Positions 1 to 13,583 of a stretch of DNA of 64,000 nucleotides are shown one piece after another; position 1 is the stretch's first letter; every line of letters begins with the position of its first letter. Origin of the DNA: Amphiscolops sp. MND2022 (Eukaryota); assembly GCA_964187785.1 (NCBI GenBank), contig OZ076409.1, positions 95,172,001 through 95,236,000 on the forward strand, read 5' to 3'. The notes under the pieces were generated by a model that worked only from the letters and a program-made list of their open reading frames with translations, ran no database searches and had not been told where the DNA came from. A program made the translations under genes and the position numbers.

Positions 1-3000
1 CACTAAACGCGGAGTAGTGGTCCGCAATACCTTTGAAGCTTAACTTCGATTGTCTTTTTAATACTTGATCAATATTGGTGTTGGGGTATAATCTGTAAGT
101 TTACCCTTTCTCTTACATTTTCTATAGTCTTGCCAGAGAAAGCTTAATTCATAAGCTTGTAAAGGTATTTTCAAAGTTTGTTTTTGCTTTGGTGCGTTTT
201 TGGGTGTTATGATAAATGTATTTTTCTAACCAAAGTGATTGTTTGAATCTCCAAAGTGAGTGTATCTTTCATCCCCATTTCAGTGTGAAACTTGAACATC
301 CAGTAGTGCATCATACATTTTTGTTTGTTTGTTAGGTCACACAGAAGCTTCTCAGTTGGTTTGTAATTGGGTTGTTTTACACTATTCATTTAATCTGAGA
401 AAAAATTAGGATCTGCTTTTGTTTGATAAGGACAAATTGGAAAGTTTTCGGTTTTTCTTTAATTTCAGCTGGATATTCTAAATCACATTTTATGAAGAAT
501 CCACTCTCATTGTTGTCTGGAATAAATCTCAAATCTTCTACTATTTGTTCTAGTTCATACTCTTCTGGAAAATATAGTTTTTCAAGTTACTTGTAGGAAG
601 GTATTGACTCATAGCCCATCCACATAGATTATTTGCATCAATGTATAAAAATTTTGTATTTTCATCTGATTCAATATAACGAGGTCCCATTACACTTGAA
701 ATTCCTCCACGTACAATATTTCCTAGAAGTAATAACAATTCTTTGTCTTTTATATAATCTAATTTAATATTAGTAAGTTTTAAACCAGCTTTCCATGTAT
801 AACCAGGTAGAGAGTAGGAGTACAACGGATTGATGCCGTATTCAAGTGTAGACTTCTCAACAAAGTTTTCGAATACATCAGCTAACTGTGAAACATCCAT
901 TTTGAGGTATAACATAGTTAGTTCTTGTCCGTTCTTTAAATCATATTTTTTAATAATTTCTTGTTTTCGGTTACTTTCTCCACCCGGTGGAGTTCTTTGT
1001 TTTAGTGTTGACCAAAAGTCTTTTGTTAGGTTGAGTGCGAAGCTGCGCGGTTCTTGGAAATTATCAAGAGTAAACTTCTCGTAAGGATAAGCCAATTTCT
1101 TTTAAAATAATTCATCCGTATATCCATTTTCGTCCATTATTGGGAAATTGTTTAAACTCTTAACTAATTTATCCAGATTCGTGCTTAGGAAACGGCATGA
1201 GTCTGAAAACCCTAAACAACCTACTTGCACACTTACATATTTTTCCATTGACTTCGAAAGTATTTTTGGTTCATACCCCATTTTGTAAGCTTGTGTTGAG
1301 AGTTCTTCAAATATAATATGACAATCATAACCACTGAATTTATGGAAAATTATGGGAACGAACTTGACTTTTTTTACAATTTAAATAACACCTGTTGTGA
1401 GCTGCTCCTCGGTACTTGCCTGTAAGATGATCATGATCTCGAACTTTATCATCAGCGAGTGGGGTGGCAAAGCTGGCTTCACATAGCCAACACACTTTGG
1501 ATTGTTGAAATGATTCTTCTTCTTGATGAGTTATTTCTAATTTTAAATCTGTTTCAAAATACTTACTAGCATATTTTTCTATTATCAACATTTCATTTAC
1601 AAACCATGTTACGCAGTCATCGCCGATGTATGAGTAGTATTGATTTCCAAATGGTGAAATTAGATAAAATCCTACTGCAATTGGAATTTGTTTAAATAAT
1701 ACCTTTGGTCATTTCTTGTGGGGTTGCCTGTGGATTCATTTGCGGGCTGATTAATACATTCGAAATCTGCATATACTCTAATTGGGAGTGGTATCTTCAT
1801 GAAATTGTCTTGGAATTTTAAGTGATCCTTCCACCTGAATGTGATATTAGTTGGTTGTTGATTTATACAACGAGACGTATGATCGAAGAAAATTTGTTCT
1901 GAACTAAATGCTGTGAGACATCTTCTACACACCCATTTCATGTGTGAATTTTTATTTATTAAACAATGCAACTTTGTTATTAGGCGATAATGCTTTTCAA
2001 ATAGCAGCAAGTCTATTTGTGGTTGATCATAGTTCGTATTTATGCGGATTGGTTTTAAAACTGTTTTTGTGAGTTCAAAATCATTTACGTTCAAAATTTT
2101 ACGTTTCTCAAAATTTTCGAACTTGGGAATGTCTTTAACTTTCATAGAGAATTCTAAACCTTCTAGGTTGAGTTTGTTCATATGCATTGAATAATTTGAT
2201 GTTCTATTTTTATTTTCCTCAAGGGGACAAAGGTGAGCTAGGATGCACCATAGAAAACAAAAATGATCATTATTTTTTATATTTATAATTGACTGATTCC
2301 TTTTTATATTTTTCGGGCAACTCAACCCACGAAGATGCTTGAATATTATTGACTTTATGTATTTCTATTATAACATTGACAATACCGTTTAGCACAAAAC
2401 CTGATCCTTCTAATTGTTCATCATCTAATTTCTGCATTAAAAAATTATGAATTGAGTCTTGTGTACCGAACTGCGTGTGATTGTAACTAAAATCTGATTT
2501 GACCCATTTGTGAAATACAACTTCTTCTGCTTTAACTATTTTTGAAAACTTAGCTAAATAACTCAATTGATATTTATATCAGGGAAAGTAAATTCTATTT
2601 AGTAGTTCATTTATGTGATGTTCGAGATTTTGCGAAGCTACGCCGGTTGGATTTTCTTTCAATTTAACGTATGTTTTTTCATTCATAATTACTTCCACAC
2701 CCGGTAAATTTCGCACAACTTCGCCCACATCAAAGCGTGGAAGTAATTGTGAGGCTGTGTACGAGGCTGCGTGGGCTTTGTGAATTTCACTTTGGAAATG
2801 TCTTATTTTATCACTAATGTTCTTACCTTAATCTTCACACCAAAATTGTGCAGCTTCGCGTTGTTGTTTGGTTTTGTTCTTGTGTTGGTCCGAACTTAAA
2901 TGATTTGACTTATCTGATACGGGCATGAATGTATTACATTTTTTACAATAATATTGATTTAATTTTGGTACATGTTTTACTGATCTTAAATGATCAGACT

Positions 3001-3050
3001 TGAAAGTTTTTTTTATAATTAGAATTACAAGTTCTACAAATCTCCAATTT
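1..3050 (-). pseudogene. Protein-primed DNA polymerase B (pPolB), copy 1, frameshifted; runs off the left edge
   Basis: Motifs in order along the minus strand: N-terminal C2H2-like fingers (~2800-3050), NNDHFCFLWCILAHL, RVYADFEC (Exo I), VRDHDHLTGKYRGAAH, PIIFHN (Exo II region), YIDANNLCGWAMSQYLP (Pol A), KLMN*AFSGKTIENVR (~110-160, Pol B). Split by frameshifts and stops. Confidence 0.88.
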
Positions 3051-3299
3051 TTTATTTTAAAAAAACTAATTTAATAGCGTTATATTTTTCAATTTATTTT
3101 ATTTTTTATGTTAAAATTGATGTTGAAATTGAATAAATTAAAGATAAAAAACTGTTTGGTATTGTTGTATCACGCTTCTTTGATTCTGAAGCTGCGTGTG
3201 AAGCTGTGCGCGAAGCTACCTGATAGTTTTCATACATATTCACAAATCGGTGATATTCTATTTCATCTATATGATTATCTTTTAGGCTAGTGACACGAA

Positions 3300-3698
3300 G
3301 TTGTTTAAAGTCATCGTGTCTTCTGAATAATAGCGTACTTAAGTTTATAATTTTGCTCCTTTTTCTTCAAATAACTGGAACAAATTTTAACAAGAATACC
3401 AGTTGCACAACCAACTCCTGCAGTGATTGGGAACAACTATTATGCCCACACCAGTAATACTTAGTGTAACTGATGCTGAAGTTGTTCCTATTATTATAAG
3501 ACCATCTGTCGAGTTAATTAGGTTATTTACTAGCTTGCATTCGGTGTATTTTTTCTTATAATTCCTTTCTTCCATTTCATAATATTTCATCATTAGACTA
3601 ATGTTTTGAATAGAATTATTGAAACCAGATACTTTTGCTAATTGCTTATTTATCATTGGTGCGGAGGGGGTCATTGAGGGATAGAGTTTTTGTTCCAT
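3300..3698 (-). pseudogene. Small Polinton-associated ORF with PSAP motif and hydrophobic hairpin (copy 1)
   Basis: ORF 3387-3698 MEQKLYPSMTPSAP...GLIIIGTTSASVTLSITGVGIIVVP; an apparent frameshift continues into AGVGCATGILVKICSSYLKKK. Confidence 0.5.
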
Positions 3699-3771
3699 TT
3701 ATTAATCATATAAAATGAAATTTTATTCCGTTGGCGTTAATTTCATTCTGTGTTTCATATCAACAAGGTCT

Positions 3772-4333
3772 TTATAGGAATTTTTTCAATGACTCTAGAA
3801 TTGATTGTCTGGTAGAATATTCTAAATCAGACAGATAATATTCACCATCTGAAGTAGGTATTGTTTTTCCATACTTTTCCTTTAAATAGGATTCACTAAA
3901 AGTTAGATAATTTGCAAAAGCTTGATCTTTATTGGGAAAAGAATCGAATAAACCTTTGTCATAAAGTAGTTGAATTATGTTGTTAGTTATAGTAATTTTA
4001 TTTTGATGTAGGCTATTAAGAATATTATTTATTTCATCTTCATTTAAAATTATTCCAGCTTGACCCACCTGACTTACAAACTTTAAGTTACGGACTGTTA
4101 ACATTTCAAAACTATTGTTGTGTATTAAATTTAGTACATCATTTACTAAAGCAGTTCTTTGTTCGGCGAAAAAATTTTTCATATTTTGTTCTAACTTATT
4201 TATGGTTTTTGAAAGGTCTGAAAACTGGGAATAAATATCATTGATTAACTTTGAGTTTAACAAAACATTTTGAATTTCCTGTGGGTTCAGTATTTTTTCT
4301 TCTATTAATTTCTCTTGATTTTCTGATAAGTTT
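3772..4333 (-). pseudogene. Unknown Polinton-associated ORF (copy 1, 5'-truncated at the duplication junction)
   Basis: 163-aa ORF; the reading frame is open upstream to the junction; co-oriented with pPolB. Confidence 0.45.
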
Positions 4334-4366
4334 TCATCAAACTTGTTTCTTCATCAAACTTGTACA

Positions 4367-7300
4367 CACTAAACGCGGAGTAGTGGTCCGCAATACCTTT
4401 GAAGCTTAACTTCGATTGTCTTTTTAATACTTGATCAATATTGGTGTTGGGGTATAATCTGTAAGTTTACCCTTTCTCTTACATTTTCTATAGTCTTGCC
4501 AGAGAAAGCTTTATTCATAAGCTTGTAAAGATCTTTTCAAAGTTTGTTTTTGCTTTGATGCGTTTTTGGGTGTTATGATAAATGTATTTTTCTAACCAAA
4601 GTGATTGTTTGAATCTCCAAAGTGAGTGTATCTTTCATCCCCATTTCAGTGTGAAACTTGAACATCCAGTAGTGCATCATACATTTTTGTTTGTTTGTTA
4701 GGTCACACAGAAGCTTCTCAGTTGGTTTGTAATTGGGTTGTTTTACACTATTCATTTAATCTGAGAAAAAATTAGGATCTGCTTTTGTTTGATAAGGACA
4801 AATTGGAAAGTTTTCGGTTTTTCTTTAATTTCAGCTGGATATTCTAAATCACATTTTATGAAGAATCCACTCTCATTGTTGTCTGGAATAAATCTCAAAT
4901 CTTCTACTATTTGTTCTAGTTCATACTCTTCTGGAAAATATAGTTTTTCAAAGTTACTTGTAGGAAGGTATTGACTCATAGCCCATCCACATAGATTATT
5001 TGCATCAATGTATAAAAATTTTGTATTTTCATCTGATTCAATATAACGAGGTCCCATTACACTTGAAATTCCTCCACGTACAATATTTCCTAGAAGTAAT
5101 AACAATTCTTTGTCTTTTATATAATCTAATTTAATATTAGTAAGTTTTAAACCAGCTTTCCATGTATAACCAGGTAGAGAGTAGGAGTACAACGGATTGA
5201 TGCCGTATTCAAGTGTAGACTTCTCAACAAAGTTTTCGAATACATCAGCTAACTGTGAAACATCCATTTTGAGGTATAACATAGTTAGTTCTTGTCCGTT
5301 CTTTAAATCATATTTTTTAATAATTTCTTGTTTTCGGTTACTTTCTCCACCCGGTGGAGTTCTTTGTTTTAGTGTTGACCAAAAGTCTTTTGTTAGGTTG
5401 AGTGCGAAGCTGCGCGGTTCTTGGAAATTATCAAGAGTAAACTTCTCGTAAGGATAAGCCAATTTCTTTTAAAATAATTCATCCGTAAATCCATTTTCGT
5501 CCATTATTGGGAAATTGTTTAAACTCTTAACTAATTTATCCAGATTCGTGCTTAGGAAACGGCATGAGTCTGAAAACCCTAAACAACCTTCTTGCACACT
5601 TACATATTTTTCCATTGACTTCGAAAGTATTTTTGGTTCATACCCCATTTTGTGAGCTTGTGTTGAGAGTTCTTCAAATATAATATGACAATCATAACCA
5701 CTGAAATTATGGAAAATTATGGGAACGAACTTGACTTTTTTTACAATTTTAATAACACCTGTTGTGAGCTGCTCCTCGGTACTTGCCTGTAAGATGATCA
5801 TGATCTCGAACTTCATCATCAGCGAGTGGGGTGGCAAAGCTGGCTTCACATAGCCAACACACTTTGGATTGTTGAAATGATTCTTCTTCTTGATGAGTTA
5901 TTTCTAATTTTAAATCTGTTTCAAAATACTTACTAGCATATTTTTCTATTATCAACATTTCATTTACAAACCATGTTACGCAGTCATCGCCGATGTATGA
6001 GTAGTATTGATTTCCAAATGGTGAAATTAGATAAAATCCTACTGCAATTGGAATTTGTTTAAATAATACCTTTGGTCATTTCTTGTGGGGTTGCCTGTGG
6101 ATTCATTTGCGGGCTGATTAATACATTCGAAATCTGCATATACTCTAATTGGGAGTGGTATCTTCATGAAATTGTCTTGGAATTTTAAGTGATCCTTCCA
6201 CCTGAATGTGATATTAGTTGGTTGTTGATTTATACAACGAGACGTATGATCGAAGAAAATTTGTTCTGAACTAAATGCTGTTAGACATCTTCTACACACC
6301 CATTTCATGTGTGAATTTTTATTTATTAAACAATGCAACTTTGTTATTAGGCGATAATGCTTTTCAAATAGCAGCAAGTCTATTTGTGGTTGATCATAGT
6401 TCGTATTTATGCGGATTGGTTTTAAAACTGTTTTTGTGAGTTCAAAAACATTTACGTTCAAAATTTTACGTTTCTCAAAGTTTTCGAACTTGGGAATGTC
6501 TTTAACTTTCATAGAGAATTCTAAACCTTCTAGGTTGAGTTTGTTCATATGCATTGAATAAATTGATGTTCTATTTTTATTTTCCTCAAGGGGACAAAGG
6601 TGTGCTAGGATGCACCATAGAAAACAAAAATGATCATTATTTTTTATATTTATAATTGACTGATTCCTTTTTATATTTTTCGGGCAACTCAACCCACGAA
6701 GATGCTTGAATATTATTGACTTTATGTATTTCTATTATAACATTGACAATACCGTTTAGCACAAAACCTGATCCTTCTAATTGTTCATCATCTAATTTCT
6801 GCATTAAGAAATTATGAATTGAGTCTTGTGTACCGAACTGCGTGTGATTGTAACTAAAATCTGATTTGACCCATTTGTGAAATACAACTTCTTCTGCTTT
6901 AACTATTTTTGAAAACTTAGCTAAATAACTCAATTGATATTAATATCAGGGAAAGTAAATTCTATTTAGTAGTTCATTTATGTGATGTTCGAGATTTTGC
7001 GAAGCTACGCCGGTTGGATTTTCTTTCAATTTAACGTATGTTTTTCCATTCATAATTACTTCCACACCCGGTAAATTTCGCACAGCTTCGCCCACATCAA
7101 ATCGTGGAAGTAATTGTGAGGCTGTGTACGAGGCTGCGTGGGCTTTGTGAATTTCACTTTGGAAATGTCTTAGTTTATCACTAATGTTCTTACCTTAATC
7201 TTCACATCAAAATTGTGCAGCTTCGCGTTGTTGTTTGGTTTTGTTCTTGTGTTGGTCCGAACTTAAATGATTTGACTTATCTGATACGGGCATAAATGTA

Positions 7301-7415
7301 TTACATTTTTTACAATAGTATTGATTTAATTTTGGTACATGTTTTACTGATCTTAAATGATCAGACTTGAAAGTTTTTTTTATAATTAGAATTACAAATT
7401 CTACAAATCTCCAAT
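4367..7415 (-). pseudogene. pPolB copy 2, frameshifted and 3'-truncated at the junction
   Basis: Same motifs as copy 1 (ORFs 4752-5462, 5469-5849 with PIIFHNFSGYDCH, 5749-5958, 6039-6692, 6637-6933). Confidence 0.88.
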
Positions 7416-7669
7416 TTTTTATTTTAAAAAAACTAATTTAATAGCGTTATTTTTTTCAATTTATTTTATTTTTTATGTTAAAATTGATGTTGAAATTGAA
7501 TAAATTAAAGATTAAAAAACTGTTTGGTATTGTTGTATCACGCTTCTTTGATTCTGAAGCTGCGTGTGAAGCTGTGCGCGAAGCTACCTGATAGTTTTCA
7601 TACATATTCACAAATCGGTGATATTCTATTTCATCTATATGATTATCTTTTAGGCTAGTGACACGAAGT

Positions 7670-8066
7670 TGTTTAAAGTCACCGTGTCTTCTGAATAATA
7701 GCGTACTTAAGTTTATAATTTTGCTCCTTTTTCTTCAAATAACTGGAACAAATTTTAACAAGAATACCAGTTGCACAACCAACTCTTGCAGTGATTGGGA
7801 ACAACTATTATGCCCACACCAGTAATACTTAGTGTAACTGATGCTGAAGTTGTTCCTATTATTATAAGACCATCTGTCGAGTTAATTAGGTTATTTACTA
7901 GCTTGCATTCGGTGTATTTTTTCTTATATTTCTTTTCTTCCATTTCATAAAATTTCATCATTAGACTAATGTTTTGAATAGAATTATTGAAACCAGATAC
8001 TTTTGCTAATTGCTTATTTATCATTGGTGCGGAGGGGGTCATTGAGGGATAGAGTTTTTGTTCCAT
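7670..8066 (-). pseudogene. Small Polinton-associated ORF with PSAP motif and hydrophobic hairpin (copy 2)
   Basis: ORF 7755-8066, near-identical to 3387-3698. Confidence 0.5.
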
Positions 8067-8122
8067 TTATTAATCATATAAAATGAAATTTAATTCCGTT
8101 GGCGTTAATTTCATTCTGTGTT

Positions 8123-8830
8123 TCATATCAACAAGGTCTTTATAGGAATTTTTTTCAATGACTCTAGAATTGATTGTCTGGTAGAATATTCTAAATCAGA
8201 CAGATAATATTCACCATCTGAAGTAGGTATTGTTTTTCCATACTTTTCCTTTAAATAGGATTCACTAAAAGTTAGATAATTTGCAAAAGCTTGATCTTTA
8301 TTGGGAAAAGAATCGAATAAACCTTTGTCATAAAGTAGTTGAATTATGTTGTTAGTTATAGTAATTTTATTTTGATGTAGGCTATTAAGAATATTATTTA
8401 TTTCATCTTCATTTAAAATCATTCCAGCTTGACCCACCTGACTTACAAACTTTAAGTTACGGACTATTAACATTTCAAAACTATTGTTGTGTATTAAATT
8501 TAGTACATCATTTACTAAAGCAGTTCTTTGTTCGGCGAAAAAATTTTTCATATTTTGTTCTAACTTATTTATGGTTTTTGAAAGTTCTGAAAACTGGGAA
8601 TAAATATCATTGATTAACTTTGAGTTTAACAAAACATTTTGAATTTCCTGTGGGTTCAGTATTTTTTCTTCTATTAATTTCTCTTGATTTTCTGATAAGT
8701 TTCCTAATTCATTTTCTAATTCATTTTCGAAGTCTTATTTTCATTTGGAATGGGTTATTTGGGCTAATTTTTCTTGACTTTTTATCATATCTTTTAGCTC
8801 CTGATATTCCCTCAGTTTTAGCTGTTCACT
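8123..8830 (-). pseudogene. Unknown Polinton-associated ORF (copy 2)
   Basis: 169-aa ORF; coding-like E/K/L-rich sequence with stops continues upstream to ~8830. Confidence 0.45.
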
Positions 8831-9399
8831 AGAATAACCAAACTTATGTATGCATTGGCATGCCTATGGTAAACTCAAAGCCCATCGGGAGTCCGTTCCG
8901 CTAAGAGTTTCCACAGCAGGAATTATTCTTTTTAAGAACTGTGCCATTTGTGATTATTCTCCCATTGCGTGTAAGTTATCACAAAGACAGGGGGACGTTC
9001 AGAAGTGAACCCCAATCACTCCGGCCGAAGCTTGAGTAAAAAGGCCGAAACTTTAGTCAATGCTATACCACTAAGCTATGGGAGGCGAATCAATGTTAGT
9101 TTTAGTTATATAAATACCGGTGTTAAAAACGTATGCGCTGGTTGCAATGCTGGCCGCGCACATTATTCATTACACCATAGAGGTTAGTGAAGTTTTGCTT
9201 CATGGTAAAAACGCTGATTTTGTTGATTTGTTTCGGAAAAATGCCTCTAAAGGGGGGTTTGAGACTTTTGAAAGTTTTCTGTCGCTTGATCAGGATCGGC
9301 ATTTCGCTTACTACTTCAGGATTTTTTCTAAAAAGTGGACCGATCAGTGTGAGTATTGTAGTCAAGAAAAAAAAGGTCACTGCTATAGTCGGGCACTTT

Positions 9400-10000
9400 T
9401 CCTTAAAAGGATAAAGCACCGACTAAAAACAGCTTTTTTTCGACTTTCGATTTTCTCAAAAACTCCATACGATTCGGACGAAATTTTCTACAGTCATTCT
9501 ACACCATATAATGTCCTATATGTGCAAGGGCATCAAAACCGTATGACTGGGATTCGAGCGAGTCAGAAGGAAGAAGACACTGTGCGACTTTTTTTCCGGC
9601 ACTGTGCGACTTTTTTTCGAAAAGATTTTTAATGTCTCAAAAGGGTCCCCCTTCAAGTTTTTTCATATTTTGCAACTGAATGTATGTTAATGAACCCAAA
9701 ATGGTCCCCCTTTACTTTTTTTGGCACTATGCGACTTTTTCCAAAAAAAATAAAAAATTTCCAAGTTTTTCTGCCAAAAAAATGTTTTGCGCTTTTTGAG
9801 CCTTAGATATAGCGCCGACTTTAAACGTTCTCGTCTTGTTTGGTCATTTTTGCGCTAATTTTGGCTATGTTTTTCACATCCCAGTCATACGATTTTGATG
9901 CCATTGCGCACGCAGGGGCCCCTTTGGGTGTAGAATGACTGCAAAATTTTATGAAAATCGTATGGATAGTTTTTGGAGAAATTTGAAATTTTCAAGAAAA
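9400..10000. repeat. Cluster of dispersed repeat families
   Basis: gggattcgagcgagtcagaagg family recurs at ~37500 and ~43650. The ggcactgtgcgactttttt...gagccttagatat(a/g)gcgccgactt family recurs at 42720-42960, partly at 40935-41330, and inverted at 35820-36050. Confidence 0.8.
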
Positions 10001-10800
10001 CACTGAATTTCCTCACATTATGATGAAATACAAAGGATTTTACATATATGAGTGCGGTGTAAAAATTTAAATTTTAAGTAATAACAATGATAATTGAAAG
10101 AACGGGAGACAAAAAAACGAAACTTTTTCCGACTCCCAAAAGTCGCGATGTCAAAACCCTTCACATGGTAAAAAATGAAAAATGACACTTTGGCTTTGCT
10201 ATGGTGAGATAGTATCCGAAAGGACGCTGAAAGAACTGCCTATTCGGCGTCTACCCCGTGAAATTGGGGAAATTAACATGCTTTTGGTTGATTTTTGGCA
10301 TTTTCAAGGAAAGCATGCTTTCAATTGAGAACATTCACAGGAAAAATTTTCATAGAAATTACTGAATCTATACAACAGCAGTTTCTCAGCTATTGCAAGC
10401 GACAGTGATTCATTAACAAAAGATGAATGGATCAAAGAGCAGCTTTTCAAGCCATTCAAACGTAATTTTACTAATTCATGAATGAATATTCGGCACTTGT
10501 GAGGGGTAACATATGTAGTAGCGTTAAATGAGTCAAATAAGATGTTAAATTAGTCAAATAAGATGTTATTTTTCACTAGTACTTTTGTATTAGACCTAAA
10601 CTGGATATTATATTATGTATACATAAGAAATACCTAATAAGAAATACCTAATTTTCATAACTAATTGCGAATACAGTATGGTATCAAAAAAGCTAGACTC
10701 CTATCGAAGGCGGCAATTTTGAAAGCGCATTTATTCGAATGTGCATTGGACAAAAGCGTCTCAAGCAAAAATCTGATTTTCACAAAAGCAATGATTTTTA

Positions 10801-11885
10801 AAATAGGCCCCTCCGGGGCTCAGTACTATTTCTGCTTTAATCTTTATTTTTTTTGAAACAAAAAATTCATTAATAAAAGAATCATATCTGGAATACCAAT
10901 ACACTCTTGTTTAATCATTATTTAGCGCACAATTACATGTAATCACTGTACAAGTTTACACCGCCTTTAATTCTTCTCGGACTAAAGAAAATATAACTAC
11001 TAAGCGTAGACGAAGTTTCGCATTCGCATTTGAATGCAGGCGAAGCTCTCAACGATCGAATAATTAACACTCATTCGCTTCATCTCAATAACTCGGGGCA
11101 ACGAAAGCACAATTACGAACATTCGCTCGCTTCATCTCAATGACGTCAGCATACGAATGGATAATTACCACTCGCTCGTTCCATCGCACTGGAATTGAAT
11201 TGTCTTCGGCAGCTCTCTCGCTTACACTCACTGCCGAACAAAATATCTGAATTATTCAGATCGTCCGAAAAATTGTACTGAAAAAAAAATAAGTAGACAT
11301 TTTCGGATTTCAATAATATTCCTGCTAAAGCAGAAATATTAAAAATAGGGCCCTCCGGGGCTCAGTACTATTTCTGCTTTAATCTTCATTTTTTTGAAAC
11401 AAAAAATTCATTAATAAAAGAATCATATCTGGAATACCAATACACTCTTGTTTAATCATTATTTAGCGCACAATTACATGTAATCACTGTACAAGTTTAC
11501 ACCGCCTTTAATTCTTCCCGGACTAAAGAAAATATAACTACTAAGCGTAGACGAAGTTTCGCATTCGCATTTGAATGCAGGCGAAGCTCTCAACGAACGA
11601 ATAATTAACACTCATTCGCTTCATCTCAATAACTCGGGGCAACGAAAGCACAATTACGAACATTCGCTCGCTTCATCTCAATGACGTCAGCATACGAATG
11701 GATAATTACCACTCGCTCGTTCCATCGCACTAGAATTGAATTGTCTTCGGCAGCTCTCTCGCTTACACTCACTGCCGAACAAAATATCTGAATTATTCAG
11801 ATCGTCCGAAAAATTGTACTGAAAAAAAAAATAAGTAGACATTTTCGGATTTCAATAATATTTCTGCTAAAGCAGAAATATTAAA
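10801..11885 (-). mobile_element. Two head-to-tail copies (~542 bp) of a Helentron-like non-autonomous element (HINE/DINE-1-like)
   Basis: Subterminal inverted repeats tatttctgcttta / taaagcagaaata, a GC hairpin gcccc-tcc-ggggc just outside one subTIR, and the palindrome aatatttctgct-aa-agcagaaatatt at the other end. A/T-run flanks and no TSD. Further copies at ~14780-14872, 17016-17370, 34830-34965, 46300-46640 and 48388-48864. Confidence 0.7.
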
Positions 11886-12254
11886 AATTAGATTGAAAAT
11901 TATGAAAATTGAATCATTTGGCAATTGTGGAGTTTAGTTATTCTCCAACTTTCTCTCAACTCGTACTGTTTTGAAAATCACTGATTATAGGAAAAAGTCA
12001 AAAACATACAGAGTAGTCTTGACTCCGTTCTCTTACTTTCCATCTAATCTGGAAAATTTTACTGTAAAAATGAACAGCCAAAAACAGACGTAACTCCGGG
12101 AGGCGGAAATTTCGTCGTATAAGAAAATCCAGAAATTTCCTCGTTAGAATTAACAGCGTTCACGAAAAGATTTGAATTATTTAATTATTGAAATGAGATC
12201 TAAGAACAAGTTTCATTTTAACTCCAAAATTGAGTCAAGAAGTTAACTGCATTC

Positions 12255-12701
12255 GAATCTAGGAAAACTCGTCGAAAACAACTCGCCGAAAACAACTGGT
12301 CGAAAATACTAGGCGGAAAACTCGTCGAAAATTCTCCGGCGGTAAACTCGTCGCAAGAACAGAAAATAATCTGAGGCAAATATAGTGCTAACTTTGTAAT
12401 CTTACCGTGTTATGAAGTTCCAAATTAGTATGAAGTACTGCACTGTAAACTATGAAAGTGAAACATTTCAAGCAATTATATAACTACAAAAGCTATTTTA
12501 TGCGTGAAACTGAAAATTTCACGCATCAATTATTGAAAATTGATCCGTAATTAGCACTTGATATTCCCTGTGGGCAATCTGTAATTATTCGACGAGTTTA
12601 CACAATTTCTGTTCGACGAGTTAATTTTCGACCAGTTTTCCGCCCTCTACTTTCGACGAGTTGCATTCGGCCAGTTGTTTTCGACGAGTTTTCCGCATAC
12701 C
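12255..12701. mobile_element. Non-autonomous foldback/MULE-like element, 9-bp TSD
   Basis: Inverted arms built of aactcgtcgaaaa repeats; direct repeat actgcattc at 12246-12254 and 12702-12710. Confidence 0.85.
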
Positions 12702-13583
12702 ACTGCATTCAATCAACTCATCAAGACGCTTATTGAGCAATGGTATAGATTCAGGCCTACCGGTGGAACTACTTACTGGGGCTTTACAATACAATTTAAA
12801 CTTGTTCCAGGGGTGAAGTTTTGCTTTTTTGTCAGAACATCATCAAAAAATCTTGGTATAAGGTTTGTGTTGTGGGGATAAGAAACAAGGTATATCTGGG
12901 GGTATAAGGAACATGGTCCGAAACTGTCTCTCTCAAAACCATAACTAAAAGTAGTCAATGAAAGCAAAATTGCACAATTATCGATAATTATTAAGACTCA
13001 ATAATAAGACGATTCCTAATAGATTAGAGAAAATGCGACGTTTTATAGAATGTAATCACCGACGACGAAATTTCTGGTAATCGTAATTCCGTCCTAACAA
13101 TTCGGTTACGAGATAAAGTTGGAATTTTTTTCCAATTTGTGACTTTATAGCTTCGTTAATTTTTCATCATAACTTTGAATAATTACTGTAAAACTCAGTT
13201 ACATGTTTTCAAAAACAACTAAATTTTCGAGAAGAGTAGGATAAATATTCGCATGAGAAAAGCATGTACACGTCATCATGTCCTGAGATGCTGCTGAATG
13301 TTCCAAGTTCAGTTAGAATGACGCGAGAAAGTTGTTAGCTCGTTTGTATGCTCTTCAAACAGACAACAGCTTTCGTGGAGAAAATGATGGATGTTTACAA
13401 GTGTGCATTGACTGTTTGTTGCAGAAATATTCACAACTTTGATCTTAGAGGTCCTGTGCAAATTCAGTATCACACTTAAAAAGCATTTGTTTTCTTGAGA
13501 GCGTTTATTTAGGCCCGAAAAACTGAAGTCAGGCAATGAAATGTTATGAGGCCCTGAAATTTGTTCGAAATTATCATTATAAT

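Larger units (their letters stand above)
1..8702. repeat. Tandem duplication, unit ~4366 bp
   Basis: cactaaacgcggagtagtgg occurs at 1 and 4367; the match runs to ttctgataagttt at ~4333 and ~8702. The ORF track shows near-identical paired proteins. Confidence 0.97.
1..8830 (-). mobile_element. Decayed Polinton/Maverick- or adintovirus-like segment, present as two tandem copies
   Basis: Fragments of a protein-primed family-B DNA polymerase plus two co-oriented small ORFs, repeated with a 4366-bp period. No integrase, capsid or TIR seen in the window. Confidence 0.8.

Noticed and set aside
9005..9632. 170-aa ORF and overlapping ORFs
   Set aside because: They overlap dispersed non-coding repeat families and have no recognisable domain.
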